The notes beneath the pieces are model-generated. The model worked only from the letters and a program-made list of their open reading frames with translations, was not told the DNA's origin and did no database searches. The position numbers and the translations under genes were made by a program. Shown here in pieces: positions 48,200-58,598 of a stretch of DNA of 64,000 nt (position 1 is the first letter of the stretch; each line of letters begins with the position of its first letter). The stretch is taken from NCBI GenBank assembly GCA_964291655.2, contig OZ219802.1, positions 1,472,001 through 1,536,000 on the forward strand, in the 5' to 3' direction. The DNA is from Chloroflexota bacterium (lineage in GTDB: Bacteria; Chloroflexota; UBA11872; VXOZ01).

Positions 48200-48601
48200 G
48201 AGACCTTTGCGCAACCCCCGCCGGATGCGCAAGAACCACTCCCTCTCCCTGGGGAGTGTATAGACCGGGTACATGGGTTACACATGTTCGGGCACATAGG
48301 TTACACCATAGAACGAGGGGATTTTCGTAGTATGCGATGTCCTTGCCTTGAAAGTTAGATCCGCTCAATATCCTTATGCACACAGTTTGTTTCTCTGGCA
48401 CAAGCTGACAGGCTGAAAGTGAGTGCACTGTGTCGCCAGTCTCTTATCAAACCCGGACCAACCCAATGCTCTCGTAGGTGTCAATCAGTAAAATGTGTAA
48501 CCCATGTCCCCGAACAACTGTTACCTATGTCCCCGGTCTGTACACTCCCCAAGGAGAGGGGGCAGTTCTTGCGCCACCGGCCGGGGTTACGCAAGGGTCT
48601 C
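48200..48601. mobile_element. MITE-B arms in inverted arrangement around MITE-A copy 5
   Basis: GAGACCTTTGCGCAACC.. and ..GGTTACGCAAGGGTCTC; the two 57-bp arms are imperfect reverse complements. Confidence 0.8.
48257..48544 (-). mobile_element. MITE-A copy 5 (inverted flanks)
   Basis: Appears identical to copy 3; flanks GGGAG and CTCCC. Confidence 0.95.
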
Positions 48602-48824
48602 CTGAGGGAGAGGAAACAAACTCGGATCCGAGTTATCTATCAAGTCCATCTGGATGCGGTACTAGGGCTGTCTGCGCGCGAGGCAAACCCGTGCGATTCC
48701 GGCGGCAGACGCGGCAACAGCTCGGCGGTGGGCCGAGCCGCTAGTCCGCAGTACTCGCCAGCAGATGCCTCGCACGACTATAGCAGACAGAGCAGCGCCT
48801 ATTCGCTATTGCATGACCGCTCGC

Positions 48825-49757
48825 CTACGCCCGATATGGCTTGCCGGTGCGGCGCAGCTCTTTCGTCACCGCGATCTGGCAGGTCACGTACGCGCTCTCG
48901 GTAGGCCGGCCGCGGTGATTCATATCGCCGGCGGAATAGCCGGGACGGGCGTCGCCGATGGTGCCGACGATGAGGTTCGCGTGTTCGGTGGTCGTATCGT
49001 AGCGGTCGGCGATGAGGCCCACCATGTCCGCCCACGCCGCGCGCACGGCATCCGTCCAGGTGCGGCCCTGACCGGCGGTGAGGTATTCCTCCGCGCTCTC
49101 CACGATGTTGGTCGTCTCAACCACGGGGCTGGACGTCGAGAATCCCGGCGAGCGGTCGACTCGTATCGTCACTGCCGTGTCGATCTCGACACCGGTGCCG
49201 GTGAGTTCGCCGTCGGACATGCGCGCGTGGGCGTCGGCGAGGGTCAGCAGGCCGCCGGCTTTCTGCGCGCGAATGTGCACGGTGCTGCCGGGCCGCGTTG
49301 AGTTGAAGTCCATGTTGCCGCCGTGGTCGATCTCATACGGGTCCACAGACTCCAACATGACCACGCCCACCATGGGGCGCACCGGCACCACGAAGTCCGG
49401 TGGGAAATGCACCAGACCGTCACGCACAGGGGCAATAAGGCGCACACTGCCCCAATTTGGGCCGCCGTTGCGGTAGAAGCCGTAGGGGCCGCACTCCATA
49501 TCCAGGATTTCGATAGATACCCAGTCACCGGGTTCGATGCCTTCGATATAGAAAGGCCCGCCCGGCCGCGAGTAGCGCGGTGTCCCGACTTCCATGACGG
49601 CGCCGGGCTTGAGTTCGCCCTTGATCTTCAGGTCCTGGTCGTGGCCACCGACCGTTTCGATGACCACCGTCTCACCCAATCGCAGGGTGCCTCTAAGCTC
49701 ATCACGCTCAGGATCGTGGGGTCCGTTGTAGTAGGGTGTACGGGTGAAGCGCCGCAT
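48825..49757 (-). CDS. Acetamidase/formamidase family protein
   Basis: GPFYIEGIEPGD, RPMVGV, HGGNMD and DAHARMSDGE.TGTGVE motifs. Confidence 0.87.
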   Translation of the reverse strand: MRRFTRTPYYNGPHDPERDELRGTLRLGETVVIETVGGHDQDLKIKGELKPGAVMEVGTPRYSRPGGPFYIEGIEPGDWVSIEILDMECGPYGFYRNGGPNWGSVRLIAPVRDGLVHFPPDFVVPVRPMVGVVMLESVDPYEIDHGGNMDFNSTRPGSTVHIRAQKAGGLLTLADAHARMSDGELTGTGVEIDTAVTIRVDRSPGFSTSSPVVETTNIVESAEEYLTAGQGRTWTDAVRAAWADMVGLIADRYDTTTEHANLIVGTIGDARPGYSAGDMNHRGRPTESAYVTCQIAVTKELRRTGKPYRA

Positions 49758-49966
49758 GAGAATCCTCCCGCTTGCGGTATTGCTCGGACGCATTGTGACG
49801 TGTTCCGGTGAGAAAGGCTGGCCGGACTTTCTGTTCCTTACTTAGATTCTATGCCGAAATGCAGTCTAGGACTAGCCCTCTCGCGTTAATTCATAAGTGT
49901 AGTTAAGCTTTCTCCTGAGGTACACAACCGGCAGGCCCGGTATGCAGTTGCATAGCGCTAGTTCAC

Positions 49967-49996
49967 TTGACATAGGCGGAAAATCCGCCCTATACT
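49967..49996 (+). promoter_or_regulatory. Sigma70-type promoter upstream of tRNA-Val
   Basis: TTGACA-N18-TATACT; spacer contains the dyad GGCGGA-AAA-TCCGCC. Confidence 0.7.
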
Positions 49997-50081
49997 TACG
50001 GCAATCTGTCAGTGTTGCCAGTGGAGATAGACTAGTGGTTATATACCAAATGAAGCCCAAGCGGCTTCATTAGCGTTTCTT

Positions 50082-50158
<77 letters not shown>

Positions 50159-50224
50159 AGAGATTTCATTCGAATTCTCTGCCTGCTACTTCAGCCGCCC
50201 AGCGTGGGACTTGACGCGAACACA

Positions 50225-50584
50225 ATGATCGAAAACGCATCCGAGAAAACACAGCTTGCCGCTGCCGAGGAGGTGGGAGCGACGCCGGTCCTGCTCTTAG
50301 GCGGCAACCCACAGATGGCAATGGCCGACGGCGACGCACCTGTGCAGGCCTACATCGCGGTCACACCGGAGTGGCAGAGCGACGTTGGCAGCCGCCCCGG
50401 CACACTCATCGTGCGCACAGTGCCCAAGCTGCGCGAAGCCGTGCGGTGGATCGCAAGCTACGAGGTCAAGCTCGCCGAAGAGCAGATGGCCGAGTGGGTC
50501 CGGCAGGCAGCGGCCCTGCCCGGCTTGGGATGGATTCAATCAAACCAAAGGCTGAAATCCGAACCGTCCGAGGGGCCCTCTTAG
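50225..50584 (+). CDS. Hypothetical protein
   Basis: About 119-aa ORF with GC-biased third positions; family not recognised. Confidence 0.45.
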   Translation: MIENASEKTQLAAAEEVGATPVLLLGGNPQMAMADGDAPVQAYIAVTPEWQSDVGSRPGTLIVRTVPKLREAVRWIASYEVKLAEEQMAEWVRQAAALPGLGWIQSNQRLKSEPSEGPS

Positions 50585-50851
50585 GGGCTTATCCGATCCC
50601 TTCAGAGGAGAAGGGGAGCGAAAACGTGCGCGGCGGCACGCGGCTACGAATGACCGGCCCAGTTAGGAGTGAAATGGAGGAGACGCCCCTGTCGAACTGA
50701 CTTCCCGCTTTGCCTAAAGACTTCTGGAGACGTACGTGGGCCGCTCGAGCGGCCCACCACATTGGATAGTTCACGCGAGTTTTCCGCAGTATTGTACACG
50801 TATTTCCACGGCGGCAGTATGTGTCGAGTAGCACAGAGTGAGGTGTGAAGT

Positions 50852-52594
50852 ATGGCTGCAGTAAACGTCAACGACAACGTCCGCTACGAGCCCGATGAGA
50901 ATCCTCCCCCGTTAGTAACAATAGGCTCCGGCATTCAGGCGGCAATACTTATCCTGGCGCCGGTGGTCTTGACCGTCGTCATTGTGTCGCGGATTGCCGG
51001 GCAGTCGGAAGGCTTCATGACGTGGGCCATATTTGCGGCGTTGCTCGTGAGTGGGTCAACAACTGTGCTTCAGGCGGTGCGGGTTGGGCGGTTTGGGTCC
51101 GGGCACGTGTTAATGATGGGCACGTCGGGGGCGTTCATCGCAGTCTGCGTGGCGGCGCTCAAGTTCGGCGGCCCGGAGACGATGGCAAGTCTGATTGTCA
51201 TTTCGTCGCTCATCCAGTTTCTGCTGGCGGCGCGCCTCTCATGGTTGCGCCGCATCTTCACACCTATTGTCACCGGCACCGTGATCATGCTGATCGCAGC
51301 CACGGTGATGCCGATCATCTTTGATTCACTAAATGACGTCCCGGAAGGGTCGCCGCAGGCGGCGGCTCCCGTAGCAGCGCTGGTGACGATGGTCATCGTA
51401 ACTGCTATGGTGGTGCGGTCGCCGCCGGCCTGGCGGCTCTGGTCGCCCATTATCGCCATTGCCGCGGGGTGCCTCGTGTCGATTCCCTTCGGCATCTACG
51501 AATTTCAAGCAGTGCTCGACGCGCCGTGGATCGGCATACCCTTTGACGGCTGGCCCGGCTTTAACGTCGCGCCCGGCGTCGAGTTCTGGGCGCTCTTGCC
51601 CGCCTTCATCGTGGTTACCCTGGTAGGCGCAATCGAGACTATTGGCGACGGCGTGGCGATCCAGCGGGTCTCCCGCCGCAATCCGCGCGCGACGGACTTC
51701 CGTGTGGTGCAGGGCGCGTTGAATGCTGACGGCGTGGGAAATCTGCTTTCCGGTCTACTCGCGACGGTGCCTAATACCACCTACTCATCCAGCATCTCCC
51801 TCGCCGAAGTTACCGGCGTGGCCGCGCGGCGCATTGGTGTCGTTATTGGCGTCATCTTTGTAGTCTTGGCTTTCTTCCCTAAAGTTGCCGCCTTGCTCAT
51901 TGCTATTCCCGCGCCTGTGGCGGCTGCCTACATTACCGTGCTCGTCGTGCTGCTCTTCGTCCAAGGCATGCGCATCGTCATCAATGACGGTATGGACCAC
52001 CGCAAAGCGATGGTTGTCGGCTTATCGTTTTGGGTTGGTGCGGGCTTCCAGAGTGGATGGATTTTCGCCGACCTGTTGGGAGAAGGATTCTTAGGCGTGC
52101 TGCTGAGCAATGGCATGACCGCCGGCGCCATCGTAGCGATCATTGTGATGGTCTTTATTGAACTCACACGCCCGCGGCATCGACGCCTGCAAGTTGCTCT
52201 AGAGAGTGACGCGCTGCCCAAGATCGAGCAGTTCCTGCTGGCGTTTGCGGGAAAGCGCGACTGGAACGACGCTGCGACGGAACGGCTGACCTCGGCGGGT
52301 GAAGAGTCGCTCGCTATCCTGTTGCAGGAAAGTGGCAAGGACGAGGCCGCTGATACCGCGCGAAACTTAACCATCAACGCGCGCATGGAAGGCAATTCGG
52401 CAGAGCTGGAATTCGTGACGTCGCTGGAAGGTGAGAACGTGGAAGACTATCTGGCGCACTTGAACGAAATGCCGCCTGTTCCCGATGAGCGCGAGGTGTC
52501 GTTCCGCTTGCTGTGGCACTATGCCTCTTCCGTGCGGCACCAGAAGTACCACGGCCTCGACATCATCACGGTGCAGGTGGAGGGCTCAAGCTAA
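50852..52594 (+). CDS. NCS2 (xanthine/uracil) permease fused to a C-terminal soluble domain
   Basis: SG.TT.LQ..R.GR.GS, FTP.VTGTVI and ETIGD motifs plus PNTTYSSSI..AEVTG signature region; about 140-aa hydrophilic tail. Confidence 0.88.
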   Translation: MAAVNVNDNVRYEPDENPPPLVTIGSGIQAAILILAPVVLTVVIVSRIAGQSEGFMTWAIFAALLVSGSTTVLQAVRVGRFGSGHVLMMGTSGAFIAVCVAALKFGGPETMASLIVISSLIQFLLAARLSWLRRIFTPIVTGTVIMLIAATVMPIIFDSLNDVPEGSPQAAAPVAALVTMVIVTAMVVRSPPAWRLWSPIIAIAAGCLVSIPFGIYEFQAVLDAPWIGIPFDGWPGFNVAPGVEFWALLPAFIVVTLVGAIETIGDGVAIQRVSRRNPRATDFRVVQGALNADGVGNLLSGLLATVPNTTYSSSISLAEVTGVAARRIGVVIGVIFVVLAFFPKVAALLIAIPAPVAAAYITVLVVLLFVQGMRIVINDGMDHRKAMVVGLSFWVGAGFQSGWIFADLLGEGFLGVLLSNGMTAGAIVAIIVMVFIELTRPRHRRLQVALESDALPKIEQFLLAFAGKRDWNDAATERLTSAGEESLAILLQESGKDEAADTARNLTINARMEGNSAELEFVTSLEGENVEDYLAHLNEMPPVPDEREVSFRLLWHYASSVRHQKYHGLDIITVQVEGSS

Positions 52595-52957
52595 AGGCTT
52601 GGCCCCACGTTCGGGGCCGGCTGTGGATGGCTCACGCCGGTTCATGGCGCCACGGGCTCGCGTCGGAAAAACGCGCCCGGCCCGCCTTGGGCACGGGGCG
52701 TTGTCACTCTCATGCGTCTTGGCAGATTCGTTAATCTAGCCAATGCCATGGATAGTGGCAGACGTCCGGTTCCGTCTTGCCCGCGCGCTCGCCCCCGCAC
52801 GAGGGCGCGGAATTCATCTTCGCTGCACGCCCTGGACTCCGGCATTCATTGGAGAGACGACTATCGTGCTGCCCGACAAGCGTGCACTTGAAGCCTGGCA
52901 CCTGCAATTCCGCCAATAGTCGCCTGAGATTCGGAGGTCACTACCAGTTGTTACGCC

Positions 52958-53530
52958 ATGCCAGTTGAAATCATCGAACAGTACCTTAATCGGTTGCGCA
53001 CGTATGGCAGTATTCCCATCTCGTTCACGGTCGACTCCAAGTACCGAGTCGATGCCGTTGGTCGCGGGGGTGGCGCCTGGAGACTGACCGAGGAACGCGT
53101 GGATCACCCCTATGTCAAAGACTATGACGAGGGAGGCGAGCGACCGCTGCGGTGGGCGCAGCAATTCGATCTCTCTAACTGGGTAATCTTAGCAGCACTA
53201 CAGGACTCGGCACGACTTGGCGGCGCTGTCGTCGCTTGGAACACTCCCGGCGTAAACATGCTGGAGGATCGCGAAGATCTCGCCGTGCTCTGGGACGTGC
53301 GGGTCCATCCCTGCCGCCGCCGGGAAGGCATAGGAAAACGGCTCTTCGACCACGCCGCCGCCTGGGCGCGCGCCAAGGGGTGCCGGCAGCTCAAGGTGGA
53401 GACCCAGAACATCAACGTGCCGGCGTGTAAGTTCTATGCCAAGCAGGGCTGCTACCTTGGAGCCGTACAGCCTGGCGCCTATCCGGAGTACCCCAACGAA
53501 GTACGACTCCTTTGGTATCTGGACTTGTGA
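52958..53530 (+). CDS. GNAT acetyltransferase (streptothricin acetyltransferase-like)
   Basis: WDVRVHP..RREGIG; LKVETQNINVPACKFYAKQG; LWYLDL. Confidence 0.85.
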   Translation: MPVEIIEQYLNRLRTYGSIPISFTVDSKYRVDAVGRGGGAWRLTEERVDHPYVKDYDEGGERPLRWAQQFDLSNWVILAALQDSARLGGAVVAWNTPGVNMLEDREDLAVLWDVRVHPCRRREGIGKRLFDHAAAWARAKGCRQLKVETQNINVPACKFYAKQGCYLGAVQPGAYPEYPNEVRLLWYLDL

Positions 53531-53599
53531 GGTCGTTCCAGCCACTCGTGGTACTGCCGCAAGAGTTTGGCTTCGCGCCCGACCTCGTCACAAGCCACG

Positions 53600-53688
53600 A
53601 GAAGTCCGGCAGGGGAAGCGCGCCGAGTGTCGACGTAAACGCGTGCTATGTAGCCGGCATCTTTCGCGCCGGCCTGTCGTATGCGCAT
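53600..53688 (-). pseudogene. N-terminal remnant of a second GNAT gene
   Basis: MRIRQAGAKDAGYIARVYVDTRRA resembles GNAT N-termini; similarity is then lost. Confidence 0.45.
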
Positions 53689-53745
53689 TGCCGCGTTTTT
53701 TCTATAGCGACAAGGGACCCTTTGGGGCGACGCTATGAAATGCGC

Positions 53746-55362
53746 CTACTCCGGCAAAAGGCGCTGCGCAACTTCCTTGGCTTCGTCGAGGTCCTTGGCA
53801 AATTGATCGGCGGGGACTCGCTGCAATATGTTCAGCGCCCGCAGGGCAAACGCAGGCGGGCCGGTGAGACCCATGATGATGCACTCGGTGTCTTCCGCAA
53901 TGGCGGTATCGATCATCTGCTCCACCACCAACGCAGCGCTATCGTCGATGTAGACGGTCTCAGTGAAGTCGAGGATGACGACCTCATGGTCGCGAATGTC
54001 CACGCTGATCGTGTTGATGAGCTTGTTGGACGAGGCGACGGAGAAGCTGCCTCTGAGCGCCACCAGCCCCACGCGGGCGGAGAAGGCGTCCGCCTTTTCA
54101 TCAGTCTCCTCACTGCCAAAGAAGGTCTGGTCCAGCAGCGGCACTGAGACGACTCTATCGAGTTCCAGGCGCTCGAACTGGCGCGCGCTCGCCATACCGG
54201 CGGCAATGAGACCAATGGCGACGGCAGTGACCAGGTCGACGAAGACCGTGAGACCAAGGGTGATGACCATCACCAGCAGGTGCTCGCGCTGCACGCGGTG
54301 AATACGCAGGATAAAGCGCCAGTCGATGATGTCCCAGCCGACTTTCATCAAGATGCCGGCAAGCACCGCGTGGGGGATGGCCTCGACGTACTTACCGAGC
54401 CCCAGCACAAGCGCGAGCAAAATGGCCGCCCGCAGCGCGCCGGAGACTTGCGTCTGTCCGCCGGCGCGGATGTTCACCACCGTGCCCATGGTGGCGCCGG
54501 CCCCGGGCAAACCGCCGATAAAGCCCGCCACCAGGTTGCCGATGCCCTGACCAACCAGTTCACGGTTCGGGTTGTGGCGCGTGCGGGTCATGGCGTCGGC
54601 GATCAGTGAAGTGAGCAGACTGTCAATGGAACCGAGCAGGGCGAGGATCAGGGCAGGCTCGATGGCCCTGACGAGAATCCCGGCCGAAATGGCCGGCATC
54701 TCGATCTGCGGCAGACCCGTCGGCACCTCTCCAATCACCGGGACGTTGGTCAGCCACAGCACGCCCAGCAGCGTACCGGCGACCAAAGCCGCCAAAGTAG
54801 GAGGAAAGTATCGCCGCAACTGCTGGGGCCAGAGTATACCCACGACAAGAGTCACGGCGGCGATGGCAAGCGCGCTGAAGTTTATGTTGCCGATTGCCTG
54901 CGGCCACGCGCGCACGGCCCCCAGCGGGCCGCCTGTCGCACCGGCTGCTCCCATGAATGGCAGCGTCTGGAGGAGCATGATGATTACGCCGATGCCGGAC
55001 ATGAAGCCGGAAATCACCGAGTACGGCGTGAAGGCCACAAAACGCCCGATCCGCATGACGCCGAGCGCAATCTGCAGCAGGCCGGCCATGATGACGATGG
55101 TGAAGGCTTCGGGAAGCGTGTCGGCGTGGGTGGTGACGATGACGGCCATGGCAACCGCCATGGGGCCGGTAGGGCCGGAAATCTGCGACTTGGTGCCCCC
55201 AAAGATCGCCGCGAAGAAACCGACGGCAATGGCGCCGTAAATGCCCGCCAGCGCGCCCAAGCCGGACGCCACACCAAAAGCCAAAGACACCGGCAGGCCC
55301 ACCACGGCTGCGGTAATTCCGCCAAAAATGTCTCCACGCAGTGTTTGGAGATTGTACGTCAC
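53746..55362 (-). CDS. SulP/SLC26 anion transporter (BicA-like) with STAS domain
   Basis: GGITAAVVGLP, QISGPTGPM, VISGFMSGIG, IDSLLT, ELVGQGIGN; STAS motif VILDF..T.YIDDS. Confidence 0.93.
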   Translation of the reverse strand: MTYNLQTLRGDIFGGITAAVVGLPVSLAFGVASGLGALAGIYGAIAVGFFAAIFGGTKSQISGPTGPMAVAMAVIVTTHADTLPEAFTIVIMAGLLQIALGVMRIGRFVAFTPYSVISGFMSGIGVIIMLLQTLPFMGAAGATGGPLGAVRAWPQAIGNINFSALAIAAVTLVVGILWPQQLRRYFPPTLAALVAGTLLGVLWLTNVPVIGEVPTGLPQIEMPAISAGILVRAIEPALILALLGSIDSLLTSLIADAMTRTRHNPNRELVGQGIGNLVAGFIGGLPGAGATMGTVVNIRAGGQTQVSGALRAAILLALVLGLGKYVEAIPHAVLAGILMKVGWDIIDWRFILRIHRVQREHLLVMVITLGLTVFVDLVTAVAIGLIAAGMASARQFERLELDRVVSVPLLDQTFFGSEETDEKADAFSARVGLVALRGSFSVASSNKLINTISVDIRDHEVVILDFTETVYIDDSAALVVEQMIDTAIAEDTECIIMGLTGPPAFALRALNILQRVPADQFAKDLDEAKEVAQRLLPE

Positions 55363-55741
55363 TCTGAGCTACCCACCACAACGGAGCGGAACCACATCCA
55401 CTACGCTTCACATCAGCAAACTGCGCACGCCCTTTGGACGCCTGTCACAGCTTTCTCACAACTTGCAGCCACTAAGTGCCCCAATTTGCCAAGCATGCTA
55501 CCACAATCGGGCGAGAATGTCAGGAAGAGTCCTAATCGACCGAATACCCCTGTGAATTCCAATATTTATGCTTAAACGGAGACTCCGATCGCGCGCGACC
55601 AGACTGCTACTTTGCTGGAGTTTGGCGCCGCAAACCCTGTCAGGGCCTGCTGCAAAACACGCAAATGCAAGAAATCTCCCGTGAGGTTTTGGCGCGGCCG
55701 TGGGCAAGCGCAAGGCTGGTTGCGTAGGACCGAGTGTTGTG

Positions 55742-56767
55742 TTAGATGTCACTCTTCACGTGTTGAAGTTGGTCGTCGTCTCCGGCCACCACTACCCTGT
55801 CACCGGCCTCCAGGACGACTTCCGCTGCCGGGGTAAAGAGCACCTGCCCGTCATCTCTTCTCACAGCCAGCACTTGCAGGTGGTGTAGCGCCACAAATCC
55901 AGCAAGGTCCATTCCCGCGTAGCGCGAATCGGCAGCTACGGCTATTTCGGCAAGTCTAGGGCCGATGCGCGAGGAATCGAGCATGTCATCGAGAAAGTCG
56001 GCGGTGAGCGGTCGCACGGCGGAGAGCGCCATGCGCCGTCCACCAATACTGTAGGGAGTGACTACCTGGTCCGCGCCCGCCAATCTGAGTTTGTCTCTCG
56101 TCTCCACGGCATCGGCACGGGCGACAATAGTGACATTGGGGTTGATCGCCTTAGCGGTGAGCGTGATGAGCACGTTGTTGCTGTCGCTGCCGGTGGCGGC
56201 GACGAGACCGCGGGCACGCGCGATCCCGGCTTGGTGGAGAGAGTCATTCTGGGTGGCGTCCCTGCAGATGGCGAGCACCCCATCCTCCCCCGCTATCTCC
56301 ACCGCAGGTTCCGCGCTATCCACCACGACCACGTCCACGTTTTCGCCACTGAACGCGGATGCGGCCTCGCGGCCCACTCTGCCGTAGCCGCAAAGGATGA
56401 AGTGGTCCTTGGTCGCATCGATTCTGGCTTTCATACGTCGCCTCCGCACGAATACTCTGAGTATTTCATCTTCAACCACGGTCTGCACGGTGACCGTGAG
56501 TATGTAAAGCATCAATCCAACACCGGCCAGCATGAGTAAAAGATTGAAGAAGCGGCCGAGCTGCGAAAGCGGCTGCACCTCTTCATACCCCACAGTCGTC
56601 ATGGTGACCACCGTCATGTAAACGGCGTCAAAATAGCCCCAGCCCTCGATGAGGACAAACCCGGTGGAGCCAACGAGAAAGACGATGACAAGCGCCAAGC
56701 CACCGCGGGTTAGCCGGCTGGCGGCGATTACACTTAGCAAGTTGCGTAGACGTCGTCTAGTGGCCAA
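55742..56767 (-). CDS. Two-TM potassium channel-like protein with TrkA-N/TrkA-C (RCK) domains
   Basis: DAVYMTVVTMTTVGYEE pore region; HFILCGYGRVG; KLRLAGADQVVTPY. Confidence 0.9.
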   Translation of the reverse strand: MATRRRLRNLLSVIAASRLTRGGLALVIVFLVGSTGFVLIEGWGYFDAVYMTVVTMTTVGYEEVQPLSQLGRFFNLLLMLAGVGLMLYILTVTVQTVVEDEILRVFVRRRRMKARIDATKDHFILCGYGRVGREAASAFSGENVDVVVVDSAEPAVEIAGEDGVLAICRDATQNDSLHQAGIARARGLVAATGSDSNNVLITLTAKAINPNVTIVARADAVETRDKLRLAGADQVVTPYSIGGRRMALSAVRPLTADFLDDMLDSSRIGPRLAEIAVAADSRYAGMDLAGFVALHHLQVLAVRRDDGQVLFTPAAEVVLEAGDRVVVAGDDDQLQHVKSDI

Positions 56768-56946
56768 AGCGTTAGTCTTGAAGATCTACCTGCGCTAAAG
56801 ACTAACTGGCAACACCACGACGGTTTCACGTCTTGCTGCCAGGAGCCATCAATGGCCCAGATCGTGAATAATCGAAAGTGACTGAAGACGTTTGACCATG
56901 TTCAATGCAGTTTCTCTGGCAAACGCTTAACTGCTACCCGCAAAGT

Positions 56947-58284
56947 CTATGATTGACTTTGTTCAAGGTACTTCATCATTTCCCGCAGTAAGTCGTTGTA
57001 TCGTCTCTTAAGGTCGTCTAGATCTCTGCCTTCGTGCCTCCATTGGACACGTAGCACTTCGCTATAGAACTGCCATCTACATTCGTGGGCGTCAGTGTTG
57101 TTTTCAACGCGCAAGTTGATGCCCTTACCCTCTCTTTGCCTGAAGCGTGAAAAGCCGCTCGAAAAAACGGTGGAGATTGAGCCCAATTCATCCGGGACAT
57201 TCTCTGAATCCATCAAAGTCTGAAGCGAAGGCGATCCCTTTCTGATCCCGAATAAACTGGGCCGCATTGGTTGTTCTTCTGTGTCAGTTCCATCAACACG
57301 AATAGTCACATCCACGTAGCCGAATACGTCCGAAATGCTCCAGACCTTTTCTGAACAGTATTCGTAGAACGGACTTAAGACAGACGTGACAAACGACTTT
57401 GTAGAAATCCCTTGAATCTTGGTTTTGGCATGAGACCGCTTGAAGAGCGCGATTTCTTTGTCGATGTCCTCGATATCGTCAATGGGCTCGCCGCGAGCGG
57501 CCTTTAGGTACAGGTTCAGAGCGTACTCACAGCATCTTGCAACATAGTTAATGAACTCCGTCAGGTCCTCGGTTCTATCAGTCTGCTCCAGCTTGCTTAG
57601 GTACTCGTCTCGGTTCTCGCGCCTAATCATCGCCACTGTGTAGCCGTGCCTGATAAGGATCATGTTCATCAGCAGGCGGGCCATACGTCCGTTGCCGTCG
57701 TCGAATGGATGGATGCGCACAAAGCGGTAGTGGAAAGTGGCGGCGATGACGATGGGGTGCTCGTCATCTCGCTCCTTGGCGCGGTACCAGTCGATGAGAT
57801 CGCCCATCGCCTGCTTCACTTGCTCAGGCGGTGTGAAGAAATAGGTCTCGCCGGTAGAAGTCCTGACGTTGTTGGGAACTGTCTTGTATTCTCCAAGTGT
57901 AATCGTGCGCTCTGTCAGATTTCCGTCCGGCGTTTCTGCCGGTGTCTTGTAGGGTTCCTTCAGCAACAGGCGGTGAAGATTCCGGATGAAGACCTCGTTG
58001 AGTTCTTGGTCTACTTTGACCGCGTCCTCAACTGCCTGCACGGCGCTGTCGTGCCCTTTAATGTCCAGATGATCGCGCATCGGCTTACCATGGGCAGTAA
58101 GGCCGTGGAGGATGAGACTGCGGGTTTCGCCAAGGGTAAGGGTATTGCCTTCAATGGCGTTGGAATGGTAATTCGCCTCAAGCCGCAGCTTCTGCCCGAC
58201 CTGAGCCAGGACGGTTGGCGGCAAGGGTCGCAGGCTATCAAGTTCTCTCTTGAGCTTGGAGATGGTTCTAAGTGCGTTGGCCAT
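56947..58284 (-). CDS. Fic family protein with N-terminal inhibitory motif and extra C-terminal domain
   Basis: HPFDDGNGRMAR catalytic motif; SNAIEGN inhibitory motif. Confidence 0.93.
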   Translation of the reverse strand: MANALRTISKLKRELDSLRPLPPTVLAQVGQKLRLEANYHSNAIEGNTLTLGETRSLILHGLTAHGKPMRDHLDIKGHDSAVQAVEDAVKVDQELNEVFIRNLHRLLLKEPYKTPAETPDGNLTERTITLGEYKTVPNNVRTSTGETYFFTPPEQVKQAMGDLIDWYRAKERDDEHPIVIAATFHYRFVRIHPFDDGNGRMARLLMNMILIRHGYTVAMIRRENRDEYLSKLEQTDRTEDLTEFINYVARCCEYALNLYLKAARGEPIDDIEDIDKEIALFKRSHAKTKIQGISTKSFVTSVLSPFYEYCSEKVWSISDVFGYVDVTIRVDGTDTEEQPMRPSLFGIRKGSPSLQTLMDSENVPDELGSISTVFSSGFSRFRQREGKGINLRVENNTDAHECRWQFYSEVLRVQWRHEGRDLDDLKRRYNDLLREMMKYLEQSQS

Positions 58285-58598
58285 CTTACCTGTGCCTATC
58301 TCTATTCAGGGGCTGTTCGAGGTATTCGCTGAGACGATCTGTCTGTAGCCAGCGAACGAAGCTTCCAGGAAGACTCCAAATGTTTTTGAAGCTCCGCTAG
58401 TTCATTCCATTATAGAGCGTGGCATTGAAGGTTCGACTATAGGAACTGAGGATTCTTGCTGAGAGGAGTGGTGAGAACGGGGATACAGTGTGTTGGTTCG
58501 CGCTCAAGCTTGGAGTCATCTTGGGTCGCATTGGCCAAGAGAGAAGGCTATCCCAAAGTAGTTCATTCTGATTGGGCTACCGGAGCCAAACGAAGCGA

